A stretch of 64,000 bases of DNA from positions 5,383-69,382 of the forward strand of contig CAYOTA010000001.1 in the NCBI GenBank assembly GCA_964406795.1, in the 5' to 3' direction. The position numbers and the translations under genes were made by a program. Below, in pieces: positions 19,393 to 29,630 of this stretch. Under the pieces are notes generated by a model. The model made no database searches. It was not told where the DNA came from and saw nothing but the letters and a program-made list of their open reading frames with translations. Position 1 is the stretch's first letter, and every line of letters starts with the position of its first letter. Source of the stretch: an uncultured Gammaproteobacteria bacterium. GTDB lineage: Bacteria > Patescibacteriota > Microgenomatia > Levybacterales > GWA1-39-11.

Positions 19393-20465
19393 ATCATGGT
19401 TAATTCACTTAATTGTTTTTCAAAATTCTTTAATGAAAAAAATTCTGCGCGTTTTATTGCATTTTTGGACTGACTACGTAACTCAACTTTGGAATTTATT
19501 AATATAAGTGTTACTTCAATTAGCTCTGCTATAGTATTCCAAAGTAAACCATCTACCCCATCCGTTACTATCTCTCTCTGTCCTCCTGCATTAATTACAA
19601 CAGGGACTGCCCCCGCACCCATTGCCTCCACTGTAGATATACCAAAGTGTTCAGCTAATTCTGGGTTCGCATCAAGATCTTCCCCAAAACCCGACGCATG
19701 CCAATATATTTTTGCAAGTGAATAAAGTTCCCACAAATCTTTATTTGATTTATTAATTTCAAATTCAACTGGATATTTCTCAGCTATTTTTTTTAGTTTT
19801 TCAAATTCAACCTCATCTTCTTTTTTTACACTTATGGCCATAATTAGCTTCCATTTTAAAAGCCCCTGATCAATCATTTGTTTAAATGCATTTACCATCA
19901 TATGCTGCTTCTTAAAGTCAGAGGCATTACCAACTGTTTTATCCATTACTCTAAAACGCCCCACATGAAGTATGACATTTTCTTTCTTTTCTTTTTTAGC
20001 ATGCAACTCTACGGGAGGATACAAAACATGTGTTGATACTCCAAATGTTTTATCAATATAATTCTTTGTATATTTAGAATTACAAAAAATTTTATTCACC
20101 CTCTTTAGCTTTAATCTGTCAATAAATGAAAGTCTTACATTTGGCAATGGACGCTGAACATGCATAAATAACTGTGAGGATACGATAGGTATACTCCCAT
20201 CACTTAAAAAGATGATTGCATCATATCTTTGAGTAGTCTTTAGTTTTGAGAACAGAGAAGATTTAGGGGTGAAAATATTAGGCACACAAGAAATCCGCTT
20301 CAGGTCTAATGAAAATCGTATGCCCACTGCGTCTAGATCTGCTGGATTATCCCAAAACACATCTACTTTATACTTTTTGGATAATACCTGAGCCATGGTG
20401 ATCATGTATTTTTCTCCCCCACCACAGTCATCAAGATATGGGTCATAAATTCCGATTTTTTTCAT
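19389..20465 (-). CDS. GT4-like (GT-B fold) glycosyltransferase.
   Basis: C-terminal 'ISTVEAMGAGAVPVVINAGGQREIVTDGVDGLLW' donor-binding block typical of GT4. ATGA overlap with the upstream YfhO-like gene. Confidence 0.6.
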   Translation of the reverse strand: MKKIGIYDPYLDDCGGGEKYMITMAQVLSKKYKVDVFWDNPADLDAVGIRFSLDLKRISCVPNIFTPKSSLFSKLKTTQRYDAIIFLSDGSIPIVSSQLFMHVQRPLPNVRLSFIDRLKLKRVNKIFCNSKYTKNYIDKTFGVSTHVLYPPVELHAKKEKKENVILHVGRFRVMDKTVGNASDFKKQHMMVNAFKQMIDQGLLKWKLIMAISVKKEDEVEFEKLKKIAEKYPVEFEINKSNKDLWELYSLAKIYWHASGFGEDLDANPELAEHFGISTVEAMGAGAVPVVINAGGQREIVTDGVDGLLWNTIAELIEVTLILINSKVELRSQSKNAIKRAEFFSLKNFEKQLSELTMI

Positions 20466-20519
20466 AAACTAATTCTTATTCTATCAACTCTTGAATCCTA
20501 AAAAAAGCTGTGATAAAGT

Positions 20520-20771
20520 ATGCATATGCAACTCGACAGCTTTATACCTATAAATCACCCCATATTTGTATTTTTTATACTTTTCTGGTCAATTTTCTGG
20601 AAAGGCATTGCATTGTGGCGATCAGCACAAAATCACCAGAGAAACTGGTTTTTAGTTATCCTCATTATATCTTCAATGGGCATTATTGAAATCATTTACC
20701 TTTTTAGATTCGCAAAAAAGCGACTAACCTTGCAGGAAATGAAGAGATGGATTCGGCCTAGTACTAACTAA
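20520..20771 (+). CDS. Small membrane protein (83 aa), hypothetical.
   Basis: Two predicted TM helices. It is the only plus-strand ORF inside the glycosylation array and occupies an otherwise non-coding gap. Could be spurious. Confidence 0.3.
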   Translation: MHMQLDSFIPINHPIFVFFILFWSIFWKGIALWRSAQNHQRNWFLVILIISSMGIIEIIYLFRFAKKRLTLQEMKRWIRPSTN

Positions 20772-20772
20772 A

Positions 20773-20967
20773 TTAGCCCAAAAGCGCAAGTAAGCCTAAC
20801 ACAACAAAAGCTATACCAATATAACGCGTGTATTTATAGGTTAACTTACTAACCGTTATCTTTGCACCCATTTTAGAAGCTAACTTAATTTTTGCATCTA
20901 GTGCACTTTTTGGATTAATAACCATCCAAATACCTAGAATAAAAATCAATATCATAAGTAATCCCAT
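20773..20967 (-). CDS. Small 2-TM membrane protein (64 aa), hypothetical.
   Basis: 'MGLLMILIFILGIWMVINP...IGIAFVVLGLLALLG' gives two hydrophobic helices. Sits in a 1.1-kb stretch of small genes between the glycosyltransferase blocks. Confidence 0.35.
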   Translation of the reverse strand: MGLLMILIFILGIWMVINPKSALDAKIKLASKMGAKITVSKLTYKYTRYIGIAFVVLGLLALLG

Positions 20968-20974
20968 ATATTAT

Positions 20975-21526
20975 TCACCTCCCCCCATTTAATAAATTCT
21001 GAAAATTAACATTCAAGTCTTCAAAAACAATATCCTGGGGGTGAATAAGTAAGTTATCAGGGATTTTCTGTGTTACACACTCTGGGGCACTTTCTTCTAT
21101 CTGTCTTTTTATCATGTTTTCACTAATAAAGTTTTTGGCAATTGGATTTTTTTCTATATCTACTTTCATACCTTTCTTTTCTCCCGATTTCCAAATATAG
21201 GCTATCTTTCCATCAAACAAGACGTTGCCATATTGCCCACCTTCTTCTTCAGTCAATCTTAATACTCCATTCTTTATTAACACTTCCCCCTTTAAATCGT
21301 CTGTCAAAAGAGTACACTTAACGCTCCCCTTCCCACTGTATGCTTCCAGTACTAATTGAGCAGATGAAGTTAGTGATTGTTTATTTTCTAGAGAATTTGT
21401 AGACGAGACGGGAACCAGAAAATAAAGACAAATTGCGGTTAAACCGGCAAGGATTACACCAAGCAAAATGATACGTCTGTAATTTATTAAAAAGATTTTT
21501 ACTTTTTTCTCCATAACTGACCTCAT
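20975..21526 (-). CDS. N-terminally anchored hypothetical protein (183 aa).
   Basis: Single TM helix 'IILLGVILAGLTAICLYFLVPV' followed by a soluble domain. No recognised motif. Confidence 0.4.
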   Translation of the reverse strand: MRSVMEKKVKIFLINYRRIILLGVILAGLTAICLYFLVPVSSTNSLENKQSLTSSAQLVLEAYSGKGSVKCTLLTDDLKGEVLIKNGVLRLTEEEGGQYGNVLFDGKIAYIWKSGEKKGMKVDIEKNPIAKNFISENMIKRQIEESAPECVTQKIPDNLLIHPQDIVFEDLNVNFQNLLNGGR

Positions 21527-21557
21527 TGACTAATCGTACGGAGTATAACAGGATAAA

Positions 21558-22307
21558 TCAAGTCTTTCTATTTTGAAGCTCCCAAAGCTTGGCATATGTT
21601 ATAAACGCTGAGTATGATTGATATATGGACTCAATTAAACCATATGTGCCGTTTTTATATCCCTTTTGAGTAACGTATGATTTCAAAAATTCAGTAATCA
21701 TAACACGTGGAAAACGCCACCACGTCATACGAGGATGATGTGCTTTTATTCGTAATTCTGCCTCATACTTAGACCACTTATTGGTTTTTATGATCATCTG
21801 CTGCATGTTTCTGTGAGTAAAGTGATTAATGGGGGCATTTATGCGTTCAAATTGACCATCTACCGTAGGTGATTCGTGCACTATGCCATACCACTCTTTT
21901 AGCTTTTTTTTATAAAATAGCCTCTGTACAGAATCCGTTAATCCCCAATCTTTGCCAAAATAGAATGTTTTTCTTTTTATAAAGTATCCAGCAATATGAG
22001 ATAGGGGATTATATGCGCTTATAGTACCCAATGCTTCTTTCTTAAACTCCTCTGTTAGTCGCTCATCAGCATCAAGATAAAATATAAAGTCTCCCTTTGC
22101 ATACTTTGCTCCCAGGTTTCTTTGTTCAGCAAAAGAGGAAAGCTCATGTTCAAAAACCCGAGCTTTATACTTTTTAGCAATTGGTTGAGTCTTGTCTGTG
22201 GACTTTGAATCGATAATTATAATTTCATCAGCAAATCCAGACAAGGACTTTAAAGAATCTTCCAAAACCTCTTCTTCGTTATATGTAATAATAATTGCTG
22301 AAATCAT
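21558..22307 (-). CDS. GT2-family glycosyltransferase (paralog of 7473.. and 27232..).
   Basis: 'MISAIIITYNEEEVLEDSLKSLSGFADEIIIIDSKSTDKT' and the DXD motif 'YLDADERL'. The start was moved to the internal ATG at 22305-22307; this gives a 4-nt ATGA overlap with the upstream YfhO-like stop and removes an 11-aa leader (the track start was 22340). Confidence 0.75.
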   Translation of the reverse strand: MISAIIITYNEEEVLEDSLKSLSGFADEIIIIDSKSTDKTQPIAKKYKARVFEHELSSFAEQRNLGAKYAKGDFIFYLDADERLTEEFKKEALGTISAYNPLSHIAGYFIKRKTFYFGKDWGLTDSVQRLFYKKKLKEWYGIVHESPTVDGQFERINAPINHFTHRNMQQMIIKTNKWSKYEAELRIKAHHPRMTWWRFPRVMITEFLKSYVTQKGYKNGTYGLIESIYQSYSAFITYAKLWELQNRKT

Positions 22308-24676
22308 TTTATTTTTTTCTTTTTGCGCAACAAGAAGCACAAAATCACTATTCCTACTATACCAATTATAGCAGCGTACACTCCATAGCGAAAACTAATA
22401 GGATCATAAATAAAAGTAATTCTATTCGATTGGTCAGGAACAAACACGCCCCTAAATGCAAAATTTGTGCGATATATTTCTAATTCATATGGAATACCGT
22501 GCTCACCGTATACGTAAGCCTTCCAACCCGGATAGTAGACATCTGTTAAGACCAATAAAGATGCGCTATCCCGGCAAAAAACTGGAGGAACATTTGTCTG
22601 TATCTCAATTCTGTTTGGCGAGTATGACAAAATATTAGCGCTTCCAGACGCAAATTTTGTTGTATAAGTATGCTTTTTTTCAATAAATGCTGTGGTTTTT
22701 AGGTCTGTTTTTTTATCAAACATGACATTGAGAATCTTTTGTGGGTCAGACTCAATAATCACATTGTCTACCATAAATGCCCTGGGATAAGCGTTTGTGT
22801 TTTCTAAGATTTGATACTTCCCGTCATCAAACCGTAGCTTTACGGTTTTAGGGTCATATTGCCAAAAAGGAAACTCCCACACATTTTGCCCATCACTTAC
22901 TTTATGTACAAAATACTTTATACCAAGCAAGTTAGCGGCTGGTAAAAGATTTTTTGAAGCAAGCGGTATGTCAACCCCTGACCTGGCTGAATCTTGAAGA
23001 TTACCTGAATCAAGGGACGCAATAAATTGTCCAAAGCGCCTTATGTAAACCGCATCATATCCTTCTAGCATAGGTAGACCATAATACACAGACCCTTCTG
23101 CACCAAAATTTGCAAATACGCGATCATATCCGGATATTTTTTTAAATTCTTTTGTCACACCTACCTCAGGATACGCAAGAGAAATTGGCTCAAAAGGAAT
23201 CCATTTATTCACAAAGCGAAGCATATCAAATGCAATAATGATGATAAGTAGTATTGGAAAAACAAACAATAGACGTTTTCTTAAAGTGACGTGAAAAAGC
23301 AATATTACCAAAAATGCACCAAAAATAGTTGTTGGGAGACGAAGGTTAGATTTAGCAATACTAATTTTTTCAGAATCAAGCACAAAACCTCCTAAAAGCG
23401 CTCCCCACAACAAAGCAAAAATTCCAATAAAAATGAACATCTCTGTATATATTCTTTTTTTATTTTTATGTAAAAGATCTTTTAGTAAAAAGTCATACCC
23501 AAAACCTGCAAGTACTGCCAGAGAAAATGATGTGAGTATAATAATCCTACTTAAAGCGCTTGTGGATAAGACAGGAATTTTACTAGCTACTAATAAATCG
23601 AGTAATGGAGATTGAAAAGCACATAGAAGTGTTATGATTGCGGCCAACGAGAAAAACAAAATATACTTTTTCTTTATATAAAACATAGAATAAAATCCCA
23701 AGAATAAAGGCACTAGTCCTATGTATAAATTCCACTCTGCATAATGACCAAACCACGCATTTCTGGTAACAGGGTTCCCATAAAAATCTGGAGCAATGCC
23801 TGTCACAATATATGCCCACGGAATAACTTCAATTTTTTGAAAGAGAGTACTTCTAAAACTTTGAAGATATAACTCTACTGATGGGAATAATTGAGGTGCA
23901 CATAAAAGTAAACCGCAAAAAATAGTAAACGAAAGCTGAACAAAACATAATATTTTCTTTGTCGATACACATTTATATATACTGTATGCAAAAATGAAAA
24001 TCAGAAAATACAAACTCATTTGAAAATGCCCGCTAAAGAAAGATAATGGAATTGTTGCAGCCACAAGAATTAAATACCGAACGCCTCTATTTTCAAAATA
24101 TTTTTCAATTGCATATAACGTAAGTGGTATATACAAAATTGCGTAGGCGAGTGTACCATATGCCATCCATGACGTAATAAATCCACAAAACATAAATGAT
24201 AAAGATGAAATAATTGAACCTACTTTACCTACTTTTACTGACCGCATATAAAAATACATAAATAAACCTGCAAAAAGCGGTTGAAGGAGAATTAACATGC
24301 TCCACCAATTAATGAACGGGAATATAAAAAACCCAATATTAAGAGGAGATAATACTGCCGATTGGTAATTTGCTAAATGGGGAGTACCGCCAAAACTATA
24401 AGGATTCCATAGGGGAATTATTAAGTTCTTCCATGATTCAATACTAAAATATCTCCACGGATATATTTGACCAATGATATCAGGCATCGACTCATTTTTG
24501 ACAGGCGTAAAAAGCTCAGGATACGCACTCCATGGAGCAAAAAATGCTACTTGATAGTCTGATGGGAAAGGAATTAGCCCAAGTAAAAATGCAGGAAAAG
24601 CAAATAGCAGCCACACGGTAAAAATGACTACTCCAGGAAAAAACCTGGTTGTATGAATTTTTTTTATTTTCTCCAT
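22304..24676 (-). CDS. YfhO-family GT-C membrane protein, paralog 2 of 3.
   Basis: About 790 aa. Carries 'LIIPLWNPYSFGGTPHLANYQSAVLSPLN' and the C-terminal 'TDVYYPGWKAYVYGEHGIPYELEIYRTNFAFRGVFVP'. The track start was 24718; the internal ATG at 24676 (MEKIKKIH...) is more likely and shortens the overlap with 24664... Confidence 0.6.
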   Translation of the reverse strand: MEKIKKIHTTRFFPGVVIFTVWLLFAFPAFLLGLIPFPSDYQVAFFAPWSAYPELFTPVKNESMPDIIGQIYPWRYFSIESWKNLIIPLWNPYSFGGTPHLANYQSAVLSPLNIGFFIFPFINWWSMLILLQPLFAGLFMYFYMRSVKVGKVGSIISSLSFMFCGFITSWMAYGTLAYAILYIPLTLYAIEKYFENRGVRYLILVAATIPLSFFSGHFQMSLYFLIFIFAYSIYKCVSTKKILCFVQLSFTIFCGLLLCAPQLFPSVELYLQSFRSTLFQKIEVIPWAYIVTGIAPDFYGNPVTRNAWFGHYAEWNLYIGLVPLFLGFYSMFYIKKKYILFFSLAAIITLLCAFQSPLLDLLVASKIPVLSTSALSRIIILTSFSLAVLAGFGYDFLLKDLLHKNKKRIYTEMFIFIGIFALLWGALLGGFVLDSEKISIAKSNLRLPTTIFGAFLVILLFHVTLRKRLLFVFPILLIIIIAFDMLRFVNKWIPFEPISLAYPEVGVTKEFKKISGYDRVFANFGAEGSVYYGLPMLEGYDAVYIRRFGQFIASLDSGNLQDSARSGVDIPLASKNLLPAANLLGIKYFVHKVSDGQNVWEFPFWQYDPKTVKLRFDDGKYQILENTNAYPRAFMVDNVIIESDPQKILNVMFDKKTDLKTTAFIEKKHTYTTKFASGSANILSYSPNRIEIQTNVPPVFCRDSASLLVLTDVYYPGWKAYVYGEHGIPYELEIYRTNFAFRGVFVPDQSNRITFIYDPISFRYGVYAAIIGIVGIVILCFLLRKKKKIK

Positions 24677-26316
24677 TTTATTAAAATTATAATAATTGAA
24701 TATACTAGCAACACACACAAAGACACAATACTTATAGTATTTGAAAGCATACGTAATTTCGTGTCTTCAAATTTTAGGTCAATTTTATTTTTTCCTTGAG
24801 AAAGATAATAGGTAATAAGTCCACGATTTGCCTGGTCTTGAAACTCAATAGGAGTTTCTTTTCCGTTTACATACACCTTCCAGTTAGGAAAATATAATGT
24901 GTTTTCGCGTATACGTGCTTTTGGCGATTCAACTATAACATTGTATGATTTGTGATCAGTGCCATTTGATATATACTGAATTTTTCCGTTCCCATCAATT
25001 ACTTCAACTGGTGCCTTGGCTGGTCTCTCCATGAATCTAACTGACCAAATTGGCGCACTCTCACCAGTGTCTGTTGTTCCCCTGTACATAGTTGTAAAGA
25101 ATGTCTCTGGTTTTAAAAGATATCCATTTACTTGAGTGTAGTAAGGTATATAAAGCAGCATAGCAAGCAAACATATACCTACGCAGAATATATTAAGATT
25201 CCTTTTATTTTTAATATATAAGGCAGGTAATGAAGCAAGAAACGCTGACAAGAAAACAGCAACTGATAAAAATCTCCACGGGAACTGAAACTTCTGAAGT
25301 ATTGATAGTTCATTCCAGATATAATTAGAAGCTTCAAGCATCATAAAAAGTGTTCCTGCAAGAGAGATAAAAAATAAAATCGCTGTAAAACGAATGACAC
25401 CTTTTGCACGACGAACATAAAAAAGAGCCAATAACATACCTACTAGCTGCACTATCCCAATCTGTTTTGATAATAGATCTGTACCACCAAAGCTCCATCC
25501 TAAACTCACATAATCTTTCAACTCAACAAACCTGTCTTTATATTCTCCACTCCCTGTGACAATATCCCGAAGTGTGTATTTACCTTCTAAAAAAGCCGGC
25601 AATAAAAAGAACGATGAAAGACCAAGCCCGATTCCAATAAAGAAAATGTAATTAATACCCAACAAAACCTTTTTTTTTGTAAAGTATATATGAATTGCAA
25701 CATATGCTAATATTAACGGCAAAAACATTATGCTTATGGCATTATGAGACAATATGAGGCCCGCTATAGAAAAAGAAAGCAGTACAGAAAAAAGGCTATT
25801 ATTTTTCGCATTCGCTATTTTATATATAGAATAAAACACAAGCGGAACAAAAATAAATGCTGCATGCTCTCCTATGGCACCTCTGACATACAGGTCAACA
25901 AACCTGTATGGAGCATACATATACAGCACGCCCGCAACTATGGCACATTTTTCTCCGCATAAATTTCTAACCCAGAGATACATAAATACTCCGCTTAAAA
26001 TAAAAGATAATCCAAATACCATCTTCACTGAATCAACGAAAGAAAAACCGAAAACATGAATAAGGGATGCAAGGTAGGAAGGAAACGGATACAGAAACAT
26101 AAGAATTGGATGACCATAACCCCAATTTAAATTAGCGGCCCATCGTGGAACTAGATTTCCTTCAGAAAGACTAGCGTAAAAATTGGCTATACGAGCCACA
26201 TGATCCTGTCCATCATGTGTCATAGGAAGCCCGCTATGCAAAAGAGGGAAAAGAGGAATAAGTCCTAGAATGATGATTAAAATAAATCCAAAATAACGTT
26301 TTATAAATTGATTCAT
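24664..26316 (-). CDS. GT-C-like membrane protein, family A, paralog 2 of 4.
   Basis: 'LPMTHDGQDHVARI...WGYGHPILMFLYPFPSYLASL' and the C-terminal 'LYFPNWKVYVNGKETPIEF'. 550 aa. Confidence 0.55.
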   Translation of the reverse strand: MNQFIKRYFGFILIIILGLIPLFPLLHSGLPMTHDGQDHVARIANFYASLSEGNLVPRWAANLNWGYGHPILMFLYPFPSYLASLIHVFGFSFVDSVKMVFGLSFILSGVFMYLWVRNLCGEKCAIVAGVLYMYAPYRFVDLYVRGAIGEHAAFIFVPLVFYSIYKIANAKNNSLFSVLLSFSIAGLILSHNAISIMFLPLILAYVAIHIYFTKKKVLLGINYIFFIGIGLGLSSFFLLPAFLEGKYTLRDIVTGSGEYKDRFVELKDYVSLGWSFGGTDLLSKQIGIVQLVGMLLALFYVRRAKGVIRFTAILFFISLAGTLFMMLEASNYIWNELSILQKFQFPWRFLSVAVFLSAFLASLPALYIKNKRNLNIFCVGICLLAMLLYIPYYTQVNGYLLKPETFFTTMYRGTTDTGESAPIWSVRFMERPAKAPVEVIDGNGKIQYISNGTDHKSYNVIVESPKARIRENTLYFPNWKVYVNGKETPIEFQDQANRGLITYYLSQGKNKIDLKFEDTKLRMLSNTISIVSLCVLLVYSIIIILIKWRK

Positions 26317-26317
26317 A

Positions 26318-27235
26318 TTATAGGAGAGGATATGTACCTTTTCCTAATCTGCGAAAATAGTAATCTAATACACCTTTTTTTTGCCATTTCCTTCCTCTTA
26401 CTAAAAATCTCATGCTCTCTCGAAATAGAGCAATTCTTGTCCTGAAGGAAGCATATTTCATGCCAAAAAGGAGCCTATTACGCGTAATGTAATAATCATG
26501 AAGCGGAGAACCCGATCCACCTGTAGACCCCGCATTCTTATGATAAATAATAGATTTTGGAGCCAGAATTAACTTAAACTTTTGCTCGTGCATTCTCATT
26601 ACTAAATCAGCATCTTCATAGTATAGAAAGTATTCATCATGAAACCCTTTTATTTTTTCAAAAACTTCCCGTGTCGCAATAAAGCATGCTCCAGTTATAA
26701 AGTCTATATCGACTTGCTTGTCATACTGTCCACGGTCAACCTCATCCACTCCCCTATGATGACCTATTATATTTGCCCAGTCCATCTCTGCCCCCGCAAA
26801 CCAAAAGACCTTTCCTAAGTCTTCCTTTTTGTACCTGTCCTTATGAAATTCATATCCTTTTTCAAAATATATTTTTGGGCATGCCACATCTGCTTTGTGA
26901 TCCCTCAGGGCTTCTATGAGATTTAGTATAAATGACCGATTAAGCACAGTATCATTATTTAAAACAATAATATATGCTGCGCCATTTTTCAGTGCGTATT
27001 CTATACCAGTATTATTTCCGCCTGAATAACCAGTATTAACTTTATTCTCCAATAAAATAACATCCGGAAATTCTTTCTTAAACAATTCGATAGAATTGTC
27101 ATGCGACGCATTATCAACTATTACGGGTACTACTTCACATCCTTGGGGTGTGCGCACTTTTTTGAGTGAATTGATGCATTCAAAAGTGTTTTTAGCACCA
27201 TTAAAGTTAAGAACTATTACAAAGATTTTTTTCAC
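26318..27235 (-). CDS. GT2-family glycosyltransferase (rhamnosyl/galactofuranosyl-transferase-like subgroup).
   Basis: 'IFVIVLNFNGAKNTFECINSL...VIVDNASHDNS...IIVLNNDTVL' GT-A signature. 305 aa. Confidence 0.75.
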   Translation of the reverse strand: MKKIFVIVLNFNGAKNTFECINSLKKVRTPQGCEVVPVIVDNASHDNSIELFKKEFPDVILLENKVNTGYSGGNNTGIEYALKNGAAYIIVLNNDTVLNRSFILNLIEALRDHKADVACPKIYFEKGYEFHKDRYKKEDLGKVFWFAGAEMDWANIIGHHRGVDEVDRGQYDKQVDIDFITGACFIATREVFEKIKGFHDEYFLYYEDADLVMRMHEQKFKLILAPKSIIYHKNAGSTGGSGSPLHDYYITRNRLLFGMKYASFRTRIALFRESMRFLVRGRKWQKKGVLDYYFRRLGKGTYPLL

Positions 27236-28143
27236 AGATTATTTGTTTTTTTAGAGATCATATATAGCAACTTTTTAAATGGGTTTCGTGCTTCATGCTG
27301 TAAAGCTGTAAATAGCCAAAACTTACCTTGATTTTCTATACACATCATCTCCGCTGAAATCCCTTTGAGTAGTTCCTTTTCAGACTTTTCATAAAAACCT
27401 TGCTTTTCCCATACTTTGGCAAACAAAAGAAACATATAAAAAGCCTGAAGTGTGGAAAGTACTAAACCATGCAACCCATCCCGATATCCTTTTTGAAGAA
27501 AAAAAGTTTTAAAAAAATCAGAAAATGGAAGCTGGACTGCGTCAATCCACATAAATTTTTTTCCTGATTTTATTATTTCTTCTACTTCTACATCCGTATA
27601 GATATTGTTCATTCGGTTAACATATTGAGAAATGCTAGTGTAACTGTGATGCACCATAGGTTCTGATAAATGTCTTATTTCTCCTGAAACGCTAATTGGA
27701 ACATGCACTGTTGCCTTTAAAAATTTTCCCTTGCCTTTTTTAAACAATCTTAACTGATAGTCTGGCCACCACAATGAATGTCTAATCCATTTATTAAATA
27801 TGATATTTTTACGAGGGATCAAAAATCCTGAAACCTTAGGATGTTTTTCAATTTCATGCTTAATTTCCGTTATGAGTTTTGGTGTCAATCTCTCATCTGC
27901 ATCTAGTGATAGTATCCACTCATTTGACGCTTTTTCAAAACCATAATTTTTCTGCAGATCTATTTTTTGAGGATCATTGGCTTGCTTAAAAACCTTAACT
28001 CCCATTTTTTTGGCAATTTCTCCAGTTTTATCTGTTGAGGAGTTATCCACTACTATAATTTCAGAGGCAAAGTCTTGTAGGCTTTCAAGACACTCTTTAA
28101 TATTTTTTTCTTCGTTATATGCTGAGATTACTATACTTACCAT
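27232..28143 (-). CDS. GT2-family glycosyltransferase (paralog of 7473.. and 21558..).
   Basis: 'MVSIVISAYNEEKNIKECLESLQDFASEIIVVDNSSTDKT', DXD 'LSLDADERL' and 'FLIPRKNIIFNKW'. The start was moved to the ATG at 28141-28143, 1 nt downstream of the flippase stop; the track ORF started at 28227 with a 28-aa leader lacking the GT2 N-terminus. Confidence 0.75.
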   Translation of the reverse strand: MVSIVISAYNEEKNIKECLESLQDFASEIIVVDNSSTDKTGEIAKKMGVKVFKQANDPQKIDLQKNYGFEKASNEWILSLDADERLTPKLITEIKHEIEKHPKVSGFLIPRKNIIFNKWIRHSLWWPDYQLRLFKKGKGKFLKATVHVPISVSGEIRHLSEPMVHHSYTSISQYVNRMNNIYTDVEVEEIIKSGKKFMWIDAVQLPFSDFFKTFFLQKGYRDGLHGLVLSTLQAFYMFLLFAKVWEKQGFYEKSEKELLKGISAEMMCIENQGKFWLFTALQHEARNPFKKLLYMISKKTNNL

Positions 28144-28144
28144 A

Positions 28145-29620
28145 TTACTTTTCCCTTCTAATGCTTGATAATAGAAAGCTTGCAGTTTTATGAATTTCTG
28201 AACGCGCAAGAACATAAAGCATAACAAAATATACTAGCGTTGAAAAGATAACCTCAAATATAAAAAACAGTAATGTTGTGGAAAACCCTTGTATCAAAAA
28301 CACACTAGCTCCCATGACAATTGATGCGAACACCGCCGGATATACTGGTTTTATAACTGAAAAATTTACTGACTTTCTGGCTACGAAAAACACCAATACG
28401 GATGATAGAGAAATAAGAAGTGACGCAAAACCTACACCATTATACCCATACCAAAAAATAAATAGCGGAGTGATTGTCCATGTTAAAATCGTCCACATTA
28501 CCATAAAATAAAGAGTTATTCTTACTTTCCCAATAGCATTTAATATATTTGTAAGTGGTGTTGAGAGTGATGACAAAACCGTACTTGCCGCAAAGAACAT
28601 TAAAAGCATAATTGCCGGCTCCCATTTTTGATATCGCGGAATAAATGAAACTAAAGGTGGAGCAAAAAATATGATTCCTACTACTGTTGGAAAGATGCAA
28701 ACAGAAATCAAAAAAAGTGTTTTTTCTATCGCTTTTTTTAACCCTTCTTTATCATGTTGCAGTCTACTAAATGATGGAAATGTGATTTTAATAACATTAT
28801 CCATAAATAGTCGCATGGGAAGAAATGCCCACTTTTGTCCAAAACCTATATACCCTACTTGGGCTAGGGGTAATACCTTTGCCAAATACACATTAAAAAG
28901 GTCATCTTTTACTAAGGCTAGCAAACTATTTGCTTGAAATGGTACGCCAAAGGATAAGAGTCTTTTTAAAGTTGGAGTGTGCAAAGCTAAACCGATTGGC
29001 CATCTTTGAATCCAATATATAACAATAAGCCCAAGTATGCTTCTTGCCAATACTGCAATTGTAAAACTATATATCCCAAACCCTGATATTGCAAATACGA
29101 TAAGACACACGTTATATGCCAGGTTCTCAACGATTTGTGGCACAACTAACTTATGGAAATTTAAGCTTCTCTCAAGTAAAACCGTTGGGATAGTTTTTAG
29201 TGATGACGCAACAAACGAAAAAAGAAGCGCGTATAAAAGCACAAGACCAGCACTATCTATTTTATAAAAATTTGCAATTTGTGAAGCAAAAATTGTAACG
29301 GGAATTGTAACAGCTAAAACAAGTATTTGTTGTATTGTAAAAGTACTTCTGAGCTCAAGAGTAGTCGGTTCTTCTTTTTTTTGAATTAAACTTGCGGCCA
29401 AACCTATATCTTGGAAGTAATTAAGAAATACAACAACTGCGGATACGACAAAGAACACCCCAAAAGCTTCAGGACTCAAATAAAGCGTTAAAACAAAGCT
29501 GGCAATTACGGAAATTATTTGTATTATAAATGTACGGGAAACAAGCGCGAATAATCCTTTTACAGATTTTCGGGCAATCTCTTCAAATTGAGGAAGTGGT
29601 ACTATGTCAGCATCTTGCAT
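28145..29620 (-). CDS. Wzx-like polysaccharide / oligosaccharide flippase (MOP superfamily).
   Basis: 491 aa with about 12-14 TM helices. The overall architecture and the 'polysaccharide biosynthesis protein' N-terminal block 'LFALVSRTFIIQIISVIASFVLTLYLSPEAFGVFFVVSAVVVFLNYFQDIGL' fit O-unit flippases. Confidence 0.65.
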   Translation of the reverse strand: MQDADIVPLPQFEEIARKSVKGLFALVSRTFIIQIISVIASFVLTLYLSPEAFGVFFVVSAVVVFLNYFQDIGLAASLIQKKEEPTTLELRSTFTIQQILVLAVTIPVTIFASQIANFYKIDSAGLVLLYALLFSFVASSLKTIPTVLLERSLNFHKLVVPQIVENLAYNVCLIVFAISGFGIYSFTIAVLARSILGLIVIYWIQRWPIGLALHTPTLKRLLSFGVPFQANSLLALVKDDLFNVYLAKVLPLAQVGYIGFGQKWAFLPMRLFMDNVIKITFPSFSRLQHDKEGLKKAIEKTLFLISVCIFPTVVGIIFFAPPLVSFIPRYQKWEPAIMLLMFFAASTVLSSLSTPLTNILNAIGKVRITLYFMVMWTILTWTITPLFIFWYGYNGVGFASLLISLSSVLVFFVARKSVNFSVIKPVYPAVFASIVMGASVFLIQGFSTTLLFFIFEVIFSTLVYFVMLYVLARSEIHKTASFLLSSIRREK

Positions 29621-29630
29621 GAAAATAAAT

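Noticed and set aside
20466-21557. Cluster of three tiny membrane ORFs as a candidate GtrA-like lipid-linked-sugar flippase.
   Set aside because: GtrA-family proteins are about 120 aa with four TM helices. These ORFs are 64-83 aa with two helices each and share no GtrA motifs. They are kept as low-confidence hypothetical genes only.
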